DNA of 63,701 nt, the filler included, from Octopus bimaculoides (Eukaryota): the NCBI RefSeq assembly GCF_001194135.2. It is 10 parts of 8 records of this genome, joined end to end, with 100 filler letters (N's around TTAATTAATTAA, not from the genome) between each part and the next. Parts side by side here need not be neighbours in the genome. Positions count along the whole stretch, not along the records: positions 28,496 to 42,597 come from NC_069002.1; positions 42,698 to 46,006 come from NC_068994.1; positions 46,107 to 48,416 come from NC_068986.1; 7 more parts are not named here. One strand, written 5' to 3'. The notes under the pieces were generated by a model. That model was not told where the DNA came from and made no database searches. It saw nothing but the letters and a program-made list of their open reading frames with translations. Positions 34,858 to 47,752 of the stretch are shown here, in pieces. Made by a program: the position numbers and the translations under genes. The first letter of the stretch is position 1; every line of letters starts with the position of its first letter.

Positions 34858-36611
34858 TAATTATGAGAGAAACTGTAACAAATATAAAAGAACGGGAAAG
34901 TCAGTTTAAGAACAACATTGATATAAATACCTGCTTTGGACTTGGGATGGATGGAGCAAAAAATGCTAGTGGTCAACATAATTCAGTGTTTCAGAAGCAA
35001 TATTTTTACGAATGGAATGTTGCCAGCTGCGTGAACTGGTGCATCGTGAAATAACCCTAACCCTTTCGAGGTGGAGCCACAGTATATTTACACTACAGTG
35101 AGTGAAACAAGGAAAAGATACATGTCCAATATAGCGTCTCTGGTTCCAATGACCTTGTTTGCTAATATTTCTAGGAACCAACACTTTATACAAAACACCA
35201 TCTATTAAATTTTCGAGCATATGTTTAGGTCATACAATGTCTTTTCTCCGAAGTTAAACCAGAAAAAAATTTTCGATGTTAATACAATGTCGATATGGTG
35301 AGATGCATGAGCCTTGATATCAAATTCGTCACTCTACCTGGTTTTTGACATACCAAGTAGAAAAGAATCTGTACGATTTTTATTCAATTTCCGCCATTTA
35401 AAGCAGGAACTGAACGAGTTATGAATCGTTTGAACTGTTCCAAATCATATTATGACTTCCGGTATGCACTCGCCAACGTCATTTCCAGGTTACATTTAGC
35501 TGAAAGGTAGGATTCTTAGTCACGAGAAACGAGTCAAATAATAATATGTAAAACTTTCTAAGTAAAACACAGCACTTTACGAAATTTGAGCGGAGGTACT
35601 CTCCAAGTGAAAGGTGTCCATGAGAACACTGAAGTCCAGCGAGAGTTCTGCGACTGGTGGGATATTGTGCTGGGTGCAGTTGATTACCATATCGCATTCT
35701 TTAGCTTTTGGTTACCTTACACTAACTGTCCAACCTTTAGCTGATATTGTGGCAGACTTTGAAATAGAAGCTTTTGTAGTGCCAGAAAAATCGACAATGC
35801 AAGCAATATAACATTTCCTTTTCACTCCAAACAAGCCAGTCTCTCTTGTGTTGTAGCATTTATTTTTACGTTGGAAACTACCCAGAAATTTCAAGACATT
35901 TTCTAAAAAAGAAAAAAACGGTTTAGTGCTTATGTCCTTTGTAAATTGCTTATGTAGTGGAATGTGGTCACTGGTCGGCATATTTCTATGTTTATGATTC
36001 AAAGGGAAATTCATTTGCGAACGGCTCAGTGTCAAGTTCAACACTCGACTTAACTTTCTTCCTGTCTGAATAATCAGAATATAACCAGCTCATCTTCAAC
36101 ATTGCTTACGTTGGAAACAGGAATGTCACTTGCCATTACTTTGACTGATTCGGTATTTCCTCTATGCGGCCTCGTTATTTTTAATGTCCATCGCCACATC
36201 TTTATTGCGTCTGTTTGTGATTACATCAGTTCCTTCCTGGGTTTTCAAAAACATCTTTCGAAACAGAAGAGCCGTTAGTGTCTTCTATAAGAAATATACT
36301 TAGTACTTTTAGTGGAGGCGTGTGGCTTAGTGGTTAGGGATATTGGGTTCACGATCATAAGTTCGTGGGTTCGATTCTAGGCAGCGCACTGTGTCCTTGA
36401 GCAAGACACTTTATTTCACGATGCACCAGTCCACGCAGCTGGCGACATTCCATTCGTAAAAATATTGCTTCTGAAACACTGAATTATGTTGACCACTAGC
36501 ATTTTTTGCTCCATCCATCCCAAGTCCAAAGCAAGTATTTATATCAATGTTGTTCTTAAACTGACTTTCCCGTTCTTTTATATCTGTTACAGTTTCTCTC
36601 ATAATTAATAT
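34854..36611. pseudogene. Rearranged hAT transposase remnants bounded by a 201 bp inverted duplication
   Basis: The repeats encode IDINTCFGLGMDGAKNASGQHNSV (hAT GQGYDGA-like); interior minus strand carries an N-terminal-like region (35480-36300) and a TRW-like region (35060-35460). Confidence 0.7.
36312..36443 (+). mobile_element. SINE family C, 3'-truncated
   Basis: GGCGTGTGGCTTAGTGGTTAGGG..GGGTTCGATTCT..TGTGTCCTTGAGCAAGACACTTTATTTCACG. Confidence 0.8.
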
Positions 36612-36631
36612 TCCGCTTTCCTATTATGAAG

Positions 36632-37022
36632 TGTGGAGGCGCAATGGCCCAGTGGTTAGGGCAGCGGACTCGCGGTCATAGGATCGCGGTTTTGATTCCC
36701 AGACCGGGCGTTGTGAGTGTTTATTGAGCGAAAACATCTAAAGCTCCACGAGGCTCCAGCCAGCAGGGGATGGTGGCGAACCCTGCTGTACTCTTTCACC
36801 ACAACTTTCTCTCACTCTTTCTTCCTGTTTCTGTTGTGCCTGTAATTCAAAGGGTCAGCCTTGTCACACTGTGTCCCGCTGAATATCCCCGAGAACTACG
36901 TTAAGGGTACACGTGTCTATGGAGTGCTCAGCCACTTGCACGTTAATTTCACGAGCAGGCTGCTCCGTTGATCGGATCAACTGGAACCCTTGAGGTTGTA
37001 AGCGACGGAGTGTCAACAACAA
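36632..37022 (+). mobile_element. SINE family C' (distinct tRNA-like head, family C tail)
   Basis: GGCGCAATGGCCCAGTGGTTAGGGCAGCGGACTCGCGG..; tail shared with family C; very similar to 52765-53145 (-). Confidence 0.9.
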
Positions 37023-37142
37023 AAGTGAAGAATAGAGGGCGCGCTGTTATTACTACGGGTAGATACATTTTTTAACCATGTTGAATTACAGAGAATTCTT
37101 TGAATACCGATGCGTAGGGTTTTAAAAAACGAAATACGTTTA

Positions 37143-37340
37143 TCATTTACTTGTTTCAGTTATTGATGTGTGCCCATGCTAGAGCAGCAACTCGAAGGGT
37201 TTGTTCGAGCAAATAGACCCCAGGACTTTAACCTTAGTGCTTATTATATAATTCTTTTCAGCTGAACCGCTGGTGCGCAGTGAGATTGAACCTGAAATAA
37301 AGTGATTGCATAGCAAACTTGTTAACCACACAGCCACATT
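37143..37340 (-). mobile_element. SINE family A, internally deleted
   Basis: TTACTTGTTTCAG..CCATGCTAGAGCA..GACCCCAGGACTT joined to GCAGTGAGATTGAACC..ACCACACAGCCAC. Confidence 0.7.
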
Positions 37341-37904
37341 TACACCTATATACTTTAAAACATCCTTTCCATCGTTTTTTAAACTCAAATAATCCACAAA
37401 TTAAAAATGACGGCTTCAATCTCATGCGGTAGGATAAAAAAAAACCTAACAAAATTTTCTTTTTCAATAAAAACCCCATATTCATGCACATTGGAGTTTT
37501 TTCGCTTTAATATAGTAAATATTAAATTTCTCCGTCGATATTATTAGCATCAGAAGAATCTTTAATTTGATGAAAAAAAAATTTGCAAAACAAAAAGACG
37601 AGTAGCTTATAGGAAAAATCTTATAGAAAAACCTTTACCAAAATTTATATATTTTTATATTTTCATAAATAACGCAATCCAGCTTTTGCTAACTTAACTT
37701 AACGTGCCATAATGATAGGGTTAGGGTCAGGTAACGTAAGATTAGATTAGTTTATTTACGAAAATATAGAAAATGTTTACATTACAAATAATTTTCCCTG
37801 TGTTAATAGCAGCGTTAATAATAGTCTACGTACGAGTGTGTCGTATGGCAAATATAGGAATGCGGAGTTGATATAAGTGGAAAGAAAGTGTTTTTACAAG
37901 CATT

Positions 37905-38160
37905 ACTGTGTGGTTAACATGCTTATGTTGAAGTCATGCAGGCTTCGGGTTCAGTCCTACTCGGTGGTATTGTTCGGGTGGCAAGTGTCTTCTACTATAG
38001 CCCCGGCCCCCGTCCAAAACTTTGAATGGGTTTGACAGACGGTGACTTGTTTTTGCTTTTGCTTTTGTTTTAACGTTATTATTCTTTCTCTTTTGACGAT
38101 GCGATAAATTACGGGAAAGTAAACAAACCAACGCTAGTTATCAAGCGGCGGCGAGGTTAC
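37905..38160 (+). mobile_element. SINE family A fragments, chimeric
   Basis: CTGTGTGGTT..GGGTTCAGTCC..GCAAGTGTCTTCTACTATAGCC, followed by a reverse-oriented GTAAACAAACCAACGCTAGTTATCAAGCGG segment. Confidence 0.6.
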
Positions 38161-38486
38161 AGACTGAAAAATAAGGACACACGGACACGCATGTCTGTCT
38201 CTCTGACTGCGAAATGGCAAATCAAGAACCTGAAGAAGAACAATATTCACACAGATAGTAAGGAAACTATTGCAATCGATGAGATATCATGAGGAAAAGA
38301 CGAAAGTAAACTAACCTTTGTAGAGAATCGTATAAAGCATGCAAAATTAAAACCGAGTTTCTCTAATTACCGTTGGGCTTTTTAACCAATCTAAGAATCA
38401 TAAATTAAAGAAAACTAATGAAACTTTTACCTTTTTCGTTTTTGTATTTGGTTTGCAAGATTCTTTATGTGAATTCGTGTGTTGAA

Positions 38487-38737
38487 GCGAATTTTGTTGT
38501 GTCTGGGGATAGTCATATTGTCTTAATGCTTTATTATCTAACACACTCACAAGTTCGATTTCCACTCATTTAATATTCATATATATATTTTTCGTCCAAA
38601 ATTTTCGTTAAGCAACGGAAATTTTTGAAGAAAAAATATATAAATAATAAATGAGTGGAAATTGAACTGGTGTGTGTGTGTTAGATAATAAGGCATTAAG
38701 ACAATATGACTCTCCCAAAACACAAAAACAATTTCTC
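38487..38737. repeat. Approximately 250 bp imperfect palindrome (foldback) with a 4 nt loop
   Basis: AGTCATATTGTCTTAATGC.TTATTATCTAACACAC..TTTCCACTCATTT..AAAATTT.CGTT-AAGC-AACGGAAATTTT..AAATGAGTGGAAA..GTGTGTTAGATAATAAGGCATTAAGACAATATGACT. Confidence 0.85.
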
Positions 38738-39055
38738 ATTGACAGATTATATACCTGCCAATCATGCGATAAATTTCATCTTTCTCTTGGTGGGCAAAAA
38801 GGACGCTTGTCTTTATACGAGGCTAAATGCCATGATTCTGCATAGCATTTAACTGAGAAGAGACATTCTAGCAATGGCTACAATTAAAGATGTAGATCAG
38901 CTGATGTAAAAGTCGTCTTTAATTTTCAGCTTATAAACAAATAATGATCATACTCACGACTTATCTTCCAACATGTACGTATGTAGGGAGGTACAAATGC
39001 CGTTAAGTAGATATATATGAATGACTGTCTGTTTGTCTCTCTTACTACTTTTCTG

Positions 39056-39109
<54 letters not shown>

Positions 39110-39299
39110 CATTTATCTATGTGTGTGTTTGTTTGTTTATGCATATACAGGATACACAAGTTCAAGTCCCATACGCAGCCTTCGACTTCTATCCAAGGTG
39201 TTTTTAACTCAGTATTTACACGCTGTTATTTATAGCTTTATCTGCTTCAAAATTGACCGTTCTCATAAGTGTATGTATGTAGATAGATAGATAGATACA

Positions 39300-39331
<32 letters not shown>

Positions 39332-39839
39332 NNNNNNNNNNNNNNNNNNNNNNNNNNNNNNNNNNNNNNNNNNNNNNNNNNNNNNNNNNNNNNNNNNNNN
39401 NNNNNNNNNNNNNNNNNNNNNNNNNNNNNNNNNNNNNNNNNNNNNNNNNNNNNNNNNNNNNNNTATATATTAAATACATATATATATATATGTATATATA
39501 CATATATATATACACACATACTCATAATTCGCATAGAATTGGCCAGATATTTTGTGAAGAGCAATTTAGAATTGCGAAATCGATAGCCAAAGTACCGTTA
39601 CCTACACATATGCTTGTAACACACATGTTCGTCACACATACACAAGCTCTCACGCGCACACACTCACTCACACACACATATACATATACATATACATACA
39701 TACATACACACTCACACACACACGTACACACACACACCTACACACGCATATTAACCATGAAATAAGCTATTTTTCAAGATGGATAGTGAAATGAGACAGA
39801 AATAACGAGACAGAAAGCCACTAAGTGAAACCTATGATA

Positions 39840-40525
39840 GACAGACTGCTGGCATTCCTGCAGAGAGGGACAATGAGAGGGGGAGAGAGATAAAGAAAGT
39901 GTGACAGAGAGTGTGAAAAACATGTATAAGAAAGAAAGTGAGAACATAAGAGAGAAAGAGAGCATAAGAGAGAGTACATAAGAGAGTGTGCATAAGAGAG
40001 AGAGAGAGAGAGTGTGCATAAGAGAGAGAGAGTGTGTGCATAAGAGAGAGAGAGAGTGTGTGCATAAGAGAGAGAGTGTGTGTGTGCATAAGAGAGAGAG
40101 AGAGAGAGTGTGCATAAGAAAGAGAGAGTGTGTGCATAAGAGAGAGAGAGAGAGTGAGAGAGAGTGTGTGTGAGAGAGAGAGTGTGAGAGAGAGAGAGTG
40201 CGAGAGAGAGAGTGTGTGAGAGAGACAGAAAATATGAGAGATAGAGTGAGAGATGATAAGAGAGAAGAATAAGAAACAAAGAGAGAGAGAGACAGACAGA
40301 GACACAGAAAGAGAGACACAGAGAGAGAGATACAGAGAGAGAGAAACAGAGAGAGAGAGAGGCACAGAGAGAGAGAGATACACACACACCCAGAGAGAGA
40401 CACACACACACAGAGACACACAAAGAGAGAGACACAGAGAGAGAGAGACACAGAGAGAGAGAGACAGAGACAGAAGGATGAGAGAAGGTGAAAAATACAA
40501 GGAAAGAAACTGAGAGAGAGAGAGA
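39840..40525. repeat. GA-rich low-complexity tract with GTGTGCATAA(GA)n units
   Basis: About 8 copies of GTGTGCATAAGAGAGAGAGA at 39960-40150; (GA)/(CAGA) degenerate flanks. Confidence 0.9.
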
Positions 40526-40837
40526 AATCTAGCTTAGGCTTTACTATTGTCAATGATATGCCGAATATGTATATAGTGTGTGTGTGTGTGCATGTGTGTG
40601 TGCTTGTGTGTGCTTGTGTGTGTGTGTGTGTGCGCGCGTATGTGCAGCAAATAACCGGAAGGCATATTTTATAACTGTCTTGCAGTGATATTCATCATAT
40701 TTACAAATGGACATTGAGAGCATTGTATCCATTATATTTCTATGATGATCTATGGCCACAGATGAGGAAGATAATTAGCTATTTAAGTTAGAGAAGTTTG
40801 CCGGAGACATCACTACTATATAGCGGTAGTATATAAA

Positions 40838-40869
<32 letters not shown>

Positions 40870-41050
40870 TACGTGGTAGTGGTAAAATGGTGGAATCCAA
40901 GGAAACTAGTGATATTCTGCGACAGCAAATATTAATACAGTCTGTTCAAATACTTGGAATGAAGTTTGTACCGTGAAGAAGAAGAGAAGCGAAGCGAGCG
41001 TTTCCGGTAGAACAAACTGATCGAAGAATTCTACCAAGCCAGCCAATCTC

Positions 41051-41092
<42 letters not shown>

Positions 41093-41169
41093 TAATATTA
41101 ATAATAATAATAATGATAATAGTTTCAAATTATATCCAGCTTGTTGCCTCTTTTTGCCAGTTCTTTCTA

Positions 41170-41350
41170 ATTTTGGTAGAAAGCCAGGAGTTTTAGGAGG
41201 AGGAAGTAAATCGTGTACGTCAGTCTCAATACTTGTTTGGTAATATTTTACCGACCCTGAAAGAGTGAAACGTAAAATTGAGCTTGGCTGGATTTGAACT
41301 CAGAACTTAAAGATCCGGAGGAAATGCTACTAAGCATTTTGTCCGGCGTG
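41170..41350 (-). mobile_element. SINE family B, diverged
   Basis: ACCGACCCTGAAAGAGTGAAAC..GGATTTGAACTCAGAAC..GAAATGCTACTAAGCATTTTGTCCGGCGTGC. Confidence 0.7.
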
Positions 41351-41519
41351 CAAGTAATTCGACTAACTCATGGCTTTCCACCGCTCTATAATAATAATAA
41401 TTATTTCTTTCTATTTATGTATGTATTTATGTGCGTGTGCGTGTGTTTGTCTCCCTCCGCCAACGCTTCACAACCCATGCTAGTGTGTTTATGCCCCCAA
41501 AAATTCCAAGATGTGGAAT

Positions 41520-41950
41520 TTTTTTGGGCCCTTTAGTTGGTCTACTTAGCAGCATTAAAACAAAGAATTATATGAGTTTTTCGGCAGATCATGTCCGTCC
41601 TTTGGTGAAAAATATTACACCCTGATGATCTGATGATAGCGCAATATTCCAGGGCAATAATGAACCAATTCATATAACTAAAGTTATTTGAAATTGGTAT
41701 GACGAGCACAAAGAACGAAGTAGACCTACTCGATTGGCCCTCACCAATCACAGGATCTCAATATAATCAAATATCTATGGAGCATTTTGGACCAGTAAGC
41801 AAGGCTTCACTCCCCTCGTACGTCGTCACCGAAAGAGCTAAAACAAGTTTTACATAAAGAATACCTCAAAATTCCTTTAACAACCGTTCAGAACCTGTGC
41901 AAATCGATATCTCAACGTATTAAAAACTGTGACCGATGCGAAAGTTGAAC
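41520..41950 (+). pseudogene. Tc1-like (DD34E-type) transposase C-terminal fragment
   Basis: Frameshifted IFQGNNEPIH..WYDEH..LLDWP..QSQDLNIIKYLWSIL..ELKQVLHKEYLKIP..VQNLCKSI, matching QDDNAPIH..WPxQSPDLNIIEHLW. Confidence 0.7.
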
Positions 41951-41974
41951 CGAATCTTTATTAAATAATCCTTT

Positions 41975-42140
41975 CTATGGTAAGCACAAGGCTTGAAATA
42001 GTGAAGGAGAGGGGTAAATCGATTATATCGACCCCAGTGCTAGACTGGTACTTATTTTATCGACGCTGAAAGAGATGAAAAACAAAGTCAAACTCCGGCG
42101 GAACTTGAACTCAGAATGTAAAACCGGGAGAAATGCCGCT
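41975..42140 (-). mobile_element. SINE family B
   Basis: AATCGATTATATCGACCCCAGTGCTAGACTGGTACTTATTTTATCGAC..AAAGTCAAACTCCGGCGGAACTTGAACTCAGAA. Confidence 0.8.
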
Positions 42141-42215
42141 TATTTAGGACTCCATATTAAGTAATAAAATTGCCATTTAACAAGCTTCTAGTATTTTGTT
42201 TAACCACTGCATGTA

Positions 42216-42247
<32 letters not shown>

Positions 42248-42562
42248 TGTGTATACATATATGCATACATACGCAAGCATATATGTAGTGTGCATACATA
42301 CACACTATTCAGACACCAACATACATAGGTCTATGCATTTAAGTATGCAAATATACATGATGCTCTCACACACAAAATATATGCATAGACAACATGCATA
42401 TAATCGCGCACATACAGGTTGATATACACAAACATAACACAAAATACATGCATACAAACATGTTTACGTACAGAAGTATATATACACATGTACACACATG
42501 AACACTCACAGAACAAACACATATATATATACACAGATATATACATATACATACATACATAC

Positions 42563-42597
<35 letters not shown>

Positions 42598-42697
42598 NNN
42601 NNNNNNNNNNNNNNNNNNNNNNNNNNNNNNNNNNNNNNNNNTTAATTAATTAANNNNNNNNNNNNNNNNNNNNNNNNNNNNNNNNNNNNNNNNNNNN

Positions 42698-42770
<73 letters not shown>

Positions 42771-42834
42771 AACTTCTATCTACCTAACTCTCTATCCGAT
42801 TACAGATTTATCTTCTATATATGGGTATCTATCG

Positions 42835-42990
42835 AAGAAGAAGAAGAAGAAGAAGAAGAAGAAGAAGAAGAAGAAGAGGAGGAGGAGGAGGAGGAGATGG
42901 AGGTGGAGAAGGAGGAGAAGAATATCTTGATGATGATGGTGTTGGTGGTGGTGTTGATGATGATGTTGGTGATAATGATGAAGATATGTG
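42835..42990. repeat. Compound trinucleotide microsatellite (GAA)n(GAG)n(GAT/GGT)n
   Basis: Direct reading of the sequence. Confidence 0.9.
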
Positions 42991-43161
42991 AAGAAGAGCT
43001 AAAACTCGAAACATCAAAGGATGTCAGATTCTTAATCTCTCACTGGGCGTCAAAGAAATAATTATATTTTGTTCCACTTTGTCTTCTGTGCTGTTATTTT
43101 CTTAGTCACATTTGAATCCATATACTTGCATACATCGCCCCACTCCTCACTCACACACACG

Positions 43162-43202
<41 letters not shown>

Positions 43203-43505
43203 ACAAACACGTGTGTGCATATTGAGACAACATTGCTAATTTCACTTCCGACAAAATGGTCTGAAAGTGATATCTACTATTTTCTAATTGTGAAGAGATA
43301 GTAGATGAAGAGTGGGGATACAGAACGAAGGACAATAAGGGAAAGACAAAAAGCTAATGAGATAAGATGTGTGTGGGTGTGGGTGTCTTGCGCGCGCGCG
43401 CGTCCCCGGGTGTCCGTGTGTCTATGTGCGCGCGCTAGATACATACTCAGATGCATTCAGATACTTATACACACGACACATGTACGTTCGTGTACCTATA
43501 CATAC

Positions 43506-43542
<37 letters not shown>

Positions 43543-43592
43543 NNNNNNNNNNNNNNNNNNNNNNNNNNNNNNNNNNNNNNNNNNNNNNTAAA

Positions 43593-43628
<36 letters not shown>

Positions 43629-43666
43629 TGTATGTATGTATGTATGTATGTATGTATATATATGTA

Positions 43667-44484
43667 GTGGGTGCGGTGAATATATTGTCGTCTAGATTAC
43701 GGAAAAATGAAAATAACACCGACATCTCATTTTAACAGATATATTTACCAAAATTATATTAAAATATTTTGAAATACTAAAGAATAAATTCATTCAATAA
43801 AATCGCCATTGGCATCAACCACGGCCTCCAGACGACTGCGGAATCTCCTGCAATTCTTCTGGGTAACCTTCTTGTTTAAATCGATGAATGTTGCTATAAT
43901 CTTTGCCCTCAGTTCATCTTTGGTGTTACAAGAAGTTTTGTTGGTCTCTCACTCAATTTCGCCCTACACATAATAACCAACGGGGTTGCAGTCTGGGGAG
44001 TTAGGTGGCCAGATGTAAGGTGTGATGTGGTCGCAGAGATTGTCTGACAGTCATGACTGGGTTCTCTTGCTTGTGTGGCGTGGTGCAGAATCCAATTGCC
44101 AGACATAGGGTCTTCCGGCAGCCATCCTCTTGACTTATGGCAGCACTACCTCCTCCAGGCACTTGATGTAGGCCTCTGTGTCGAATGTGAGACCGTGTGG
44201 AAAGAGAAATGGAGGTATAACGTCGCCATCTTTAGTGATCACTCCAAATATCATGATGTTGACTGGATGTTTGATTTTTATCCCTCTCGGTGCATGTACT
44301 GTCCTCAGTAAAGCATGTCGTTTCAAAATTTCTGGCAGAATGAACCGTGTTGTGGTTCTGTTTTTCTCACAGACGGTTCCCATCTGACCCTACCATGTTG
44401 TGTAGTCGACAAAATCAAAAACAAACAATGCGCATATGCGAAATTAAAAATGTGAAATCGTGACAATTTACCCATTGCACCTTT
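43667..44484 (-). mobile_element. Internally deleted DD37D (maT) Tc1/mariner element with TIRs and TA target duplication
   Basis: TA-flanked imperfect TIRs (GGTGCGGTGAATATATTGTC vs GGTGCAATGGGTAAATTGTC); minus strand HPVNIMIFGVIT..AYIKCLEEVVLP..WQLDSAPRH..WPPNSPDCNPVG; 37 residues lie between the second D and the third catalytic position, which is mutated D->G. Confidence 0.85.
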
Positions 44485-45716
44485 TATGTGTGTGTGTGTG
44501 TGTGTGTGTGTGCGTGCGTGTATGAAGAAAATGGAGAGATTTAATAGATATATATTAATTTATTAATTAATTTTGTTTACAATTGCTTCACTTTACACTT
44601 AATACAAATTACAAAATTACAAATTACGAAACATATAATAAAATGATCTTGCATTTTGAAGCTCTGTTGAAGTCTGTTGGAGTGTCTCAACCGATGAACA
44701 TGTAACTTCTTTAATGTCCTTTCGCCCTGATGATATTTCACTCAAAACATTCAAAATAAAAGCTTATTTTATTATATATGTCTTGTAATTTGTACTGAGT
44801 GTAAATTAAAACAATTGCAGGCAATGTTAATTAATTAATTTATTTATTTATATCCACTAAATCTCTCCATTTTCTTACATAATAATAATATTTGATATTT
44901 ATAATATATTTCTTGAAGAGATAGCTCTTCACAGTATAATATATTAAACCAGTGTGACTTGGATGAAGCCATCTCTATAAGAGGTTTATATATCCTCATA
45001 ACGACTGCATACACACAGCTCGCCGCATGTATGTATGTGTATATATAAAGTGAGGATGAGGGAAGAGGAGAGAGTGAAAGAAATACAGAGGGAAGAGAGA
45101 GAGGGAAAGAAAAAGAGCGAAAGAGAGAGAGAGAGAGAGATAGAGAGAGAGAGAAGGGAAAATGTGAGATTGGTAACTGCGATTGTAATATCCATGTTAA
45201 AGAAATAAGGAATAAAAACCAGAATTTCAAACTGGGCTGGAGAAAATTAGCTCTTCTCCACTACTTCGTAGCTTCCCATTTTCACGCATACACACACAGA
45301 CACACACACACACATACGCACACACATACACAGACTTCAACCTACACAAGCATGTATCACAAACAGAAAATTAGTGTAGACTCGTAGTCTCTGAGTGTCC
45401 CCATCTATCAGTTTCATCTTATTGCCTCGAAATTCTCCAAGGGACGAACATTGCCAAACCCTTATATATATCACATTATTACATTACATTTATTGGGGTC
45501 ACATATGGTTGTTCTTTTCCAAAAAAAACACCCAAATATTCACTTTCCCGCTAAAAATATATGCGCACTCATAAGTATTCGTACGCACACACACATGGAC
45601 ATATGCACATATGTATGGCTTGATATGAATATGTATATGTATGTGTACATATATATATTATATATGTGTGTGTGTATACTTACATAGATACACACAAATG
45701 CATATGTACATATATA

Positions 45717-45964
45717 CAGCCTTGGCCAAAAGTCACCCGACACTAAATAAAAAAAAAACAGAAATAATTAATATTCAATTTTATTCATTCATTCCAATTA
45801 TGAATGTTTAATAATTAAATGCTGTGAGTCAAAATCACAATTGTTTTTTTTTTCAGTAATTCTCTATTTAATAAGGAAGTCTCATATAGAATTTTATATT
45901 TTGCTTTATTCTTAGAATTAAATGGTTTTGGCTTACTATATCAGGTGACTTTTGGCCAACCCTG
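45717..45964. mobile_element. Tc1/mariner-type MITE (248 bp), TA target duplication
   Basis: TA-CAGCCTTGGCCAAAAGTCACC ... GGTGACTTTTGGCCAACCCTG-TA (21 bp TIR, 2 mismatches), AT-rich interior. Confidence 0.9.
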
Positions 45965-46119
45965 TATATACATACATATGCATACATATATACATAAGGA
46001 TTTATANNNNNNNNNNNNNNNNNNNNNNNNNNNNNNNNNNNNNNNNNNNNTTAATTAATTAANNNNNNNNNNNNNNNNNNNNNNNNNNNNNNNNNNNNNN
46101 NNNNNNATATATATATTTA

Positions 46120-46860
46120 AACGAGCGACTCTGAATAGCTTTGCTGATGGCACAGGTGTATCATAAGCGACAAAGAACCCCGAAGGTAACACAAAACCAG
46201 AAAAAGATGCAAATGAACTGAAGAAAACTGTATGTAGTCGAATGCTGCAAAGTTTTGGGCACTCCGGCGTACAAGCAAATTGCATTTAGAATATAAAAGA
46301 CGAGAGGGTACTGCAATCTCAAAATTGGTGTCGGTGCATGACTTGGGTATCCACATGAGCTGTGAGGTATCGTCCAGTGTGCATATTTCCAATGATAACA
46401 ATGTGCAGGCGACTGCCTGGTTGGATTCTGAGATCATTCAGAACCCGGAAAAAGGAAATAATCTTCATATGGAGAACATTTATGCTCAGTCGCCCATTTC
46501 ACTATTCCCAATTATGATCATCAAAAAGCATGATATTAACAGCAGAACTTGAAGACATCCAGCGCCACTAGACCAAGAACATAATCACAGTGCAACCTAT
46601 GGATTACTGGGAGAGACTACAAGAGCTATTGCTCTCTTCCCTGGAGAGAAGACGCCAGTGATATGAAGTGATGCATATATATGGAATATCTTTGCAGGTC
46701 CAGTATTCAACTTTGTGATTGAAATCTGTACTAATCACCAACGTGAACGCCATTGCATTGTAGAAAAGATCCAATCCTCTTCCTCCAGAGTGAGAAACCG
46801 AAACTGTAACATCATGAGGTTCAAAGGCACGCAACATTTCAATACCTTACGAAAAGGCAT
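46120..46860 (+). pseudogene. CR1-like LINE ORF2 C-terminal RT fragment
   Basis: Frameshifted TLNSFADGT, SVHDLGI, GWILRSFRTR, EDIQRH, MDYWERLQELLLSSLERRR. Confidence 0.8.
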
Positions 46861-47092
46861 AGGGATCTACGAGTTGTAACTGTCGGTGTGTTCAAAGAAC
46901 AACGAGACAAATTTTTATCTCATATGCCACGTGAACACGCATCAGTTTCATTCGGACCCATGCAGTTTACAGTTTCGTAAGTTTCTTACAGAAACTTTAA
47001 GTTGCACAAGACCGTATCACATTGTTTCAAGCAATATATATAAAACTAGCTAAATATGTTGAGTGCCTCTTTCTTTTGATTGTCCACTCACC

Positions 47093-47142
<50 letters not shown>

Positions 47143-47151
47143 CATATATAT

Positions 47152-47752
47152 AGGTGCAGGAGTGGCTGTGTGGTAAGTAGCGTGGCACTGTGGGAAAGTG
47201 TCTTCTACTATAGCCTCGGGCCGACCACGATCAAAGCCTTGTGAGTAGATTTGGTAGACGGAAACTGAAAGAAGCCCGTCGTATNNNNNNNNNNNNNNNN
47301 NNNNNNNNNNNNNNNNNNNNNNNNNNNNNNNNNNNNNNNNNNNNNNNNNNNNNNNNNNNNNNNNNNNNNNNNNNNNNNNNNNNNNNNNNNNNNNNNNNNN
47401 NNNNNNNNNNNNNNNNNNNNNNNNNNNNNNNNNNNNNNNNNNNNNNNNNNNNNNNNNNNNNNNNNNNNNNNNNNNNNNNNNNNNNNNNNNNNNNNNNNNN
47501 NNNNNNNNNNNNNNNNNTATATATATATGTATATGTTTGTGCGTCTTTGTTTGTCCTCCTGCCTACCATCGCTTGACAACCAATATTGGTGTGTTTACTT
47601 CCCGGTAACATAGCGGTTCGGCAAAAGAAACTGATAGAATAAGTACTAGGCTTACAAAGAATAGGTATTGGGGTCGATTTGCTGGACTAAAGGCAGTGGC
47701 TCCAGCATGTCCTCAGTCAAATGACTGGAACAAATAAAATAATAAAAGAATA
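47152..47752 (+). mobile_element. SINE family A, full length (gap in the internal microsatellite)
   Basis: AGGTGCAGGAGTGGCTGTGTGGTAAGTAG..GAAAGAAGCCCGTCG-N-..GCTCCAGCATG..AATGACTGGAACAA. Confidence 0.9.
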
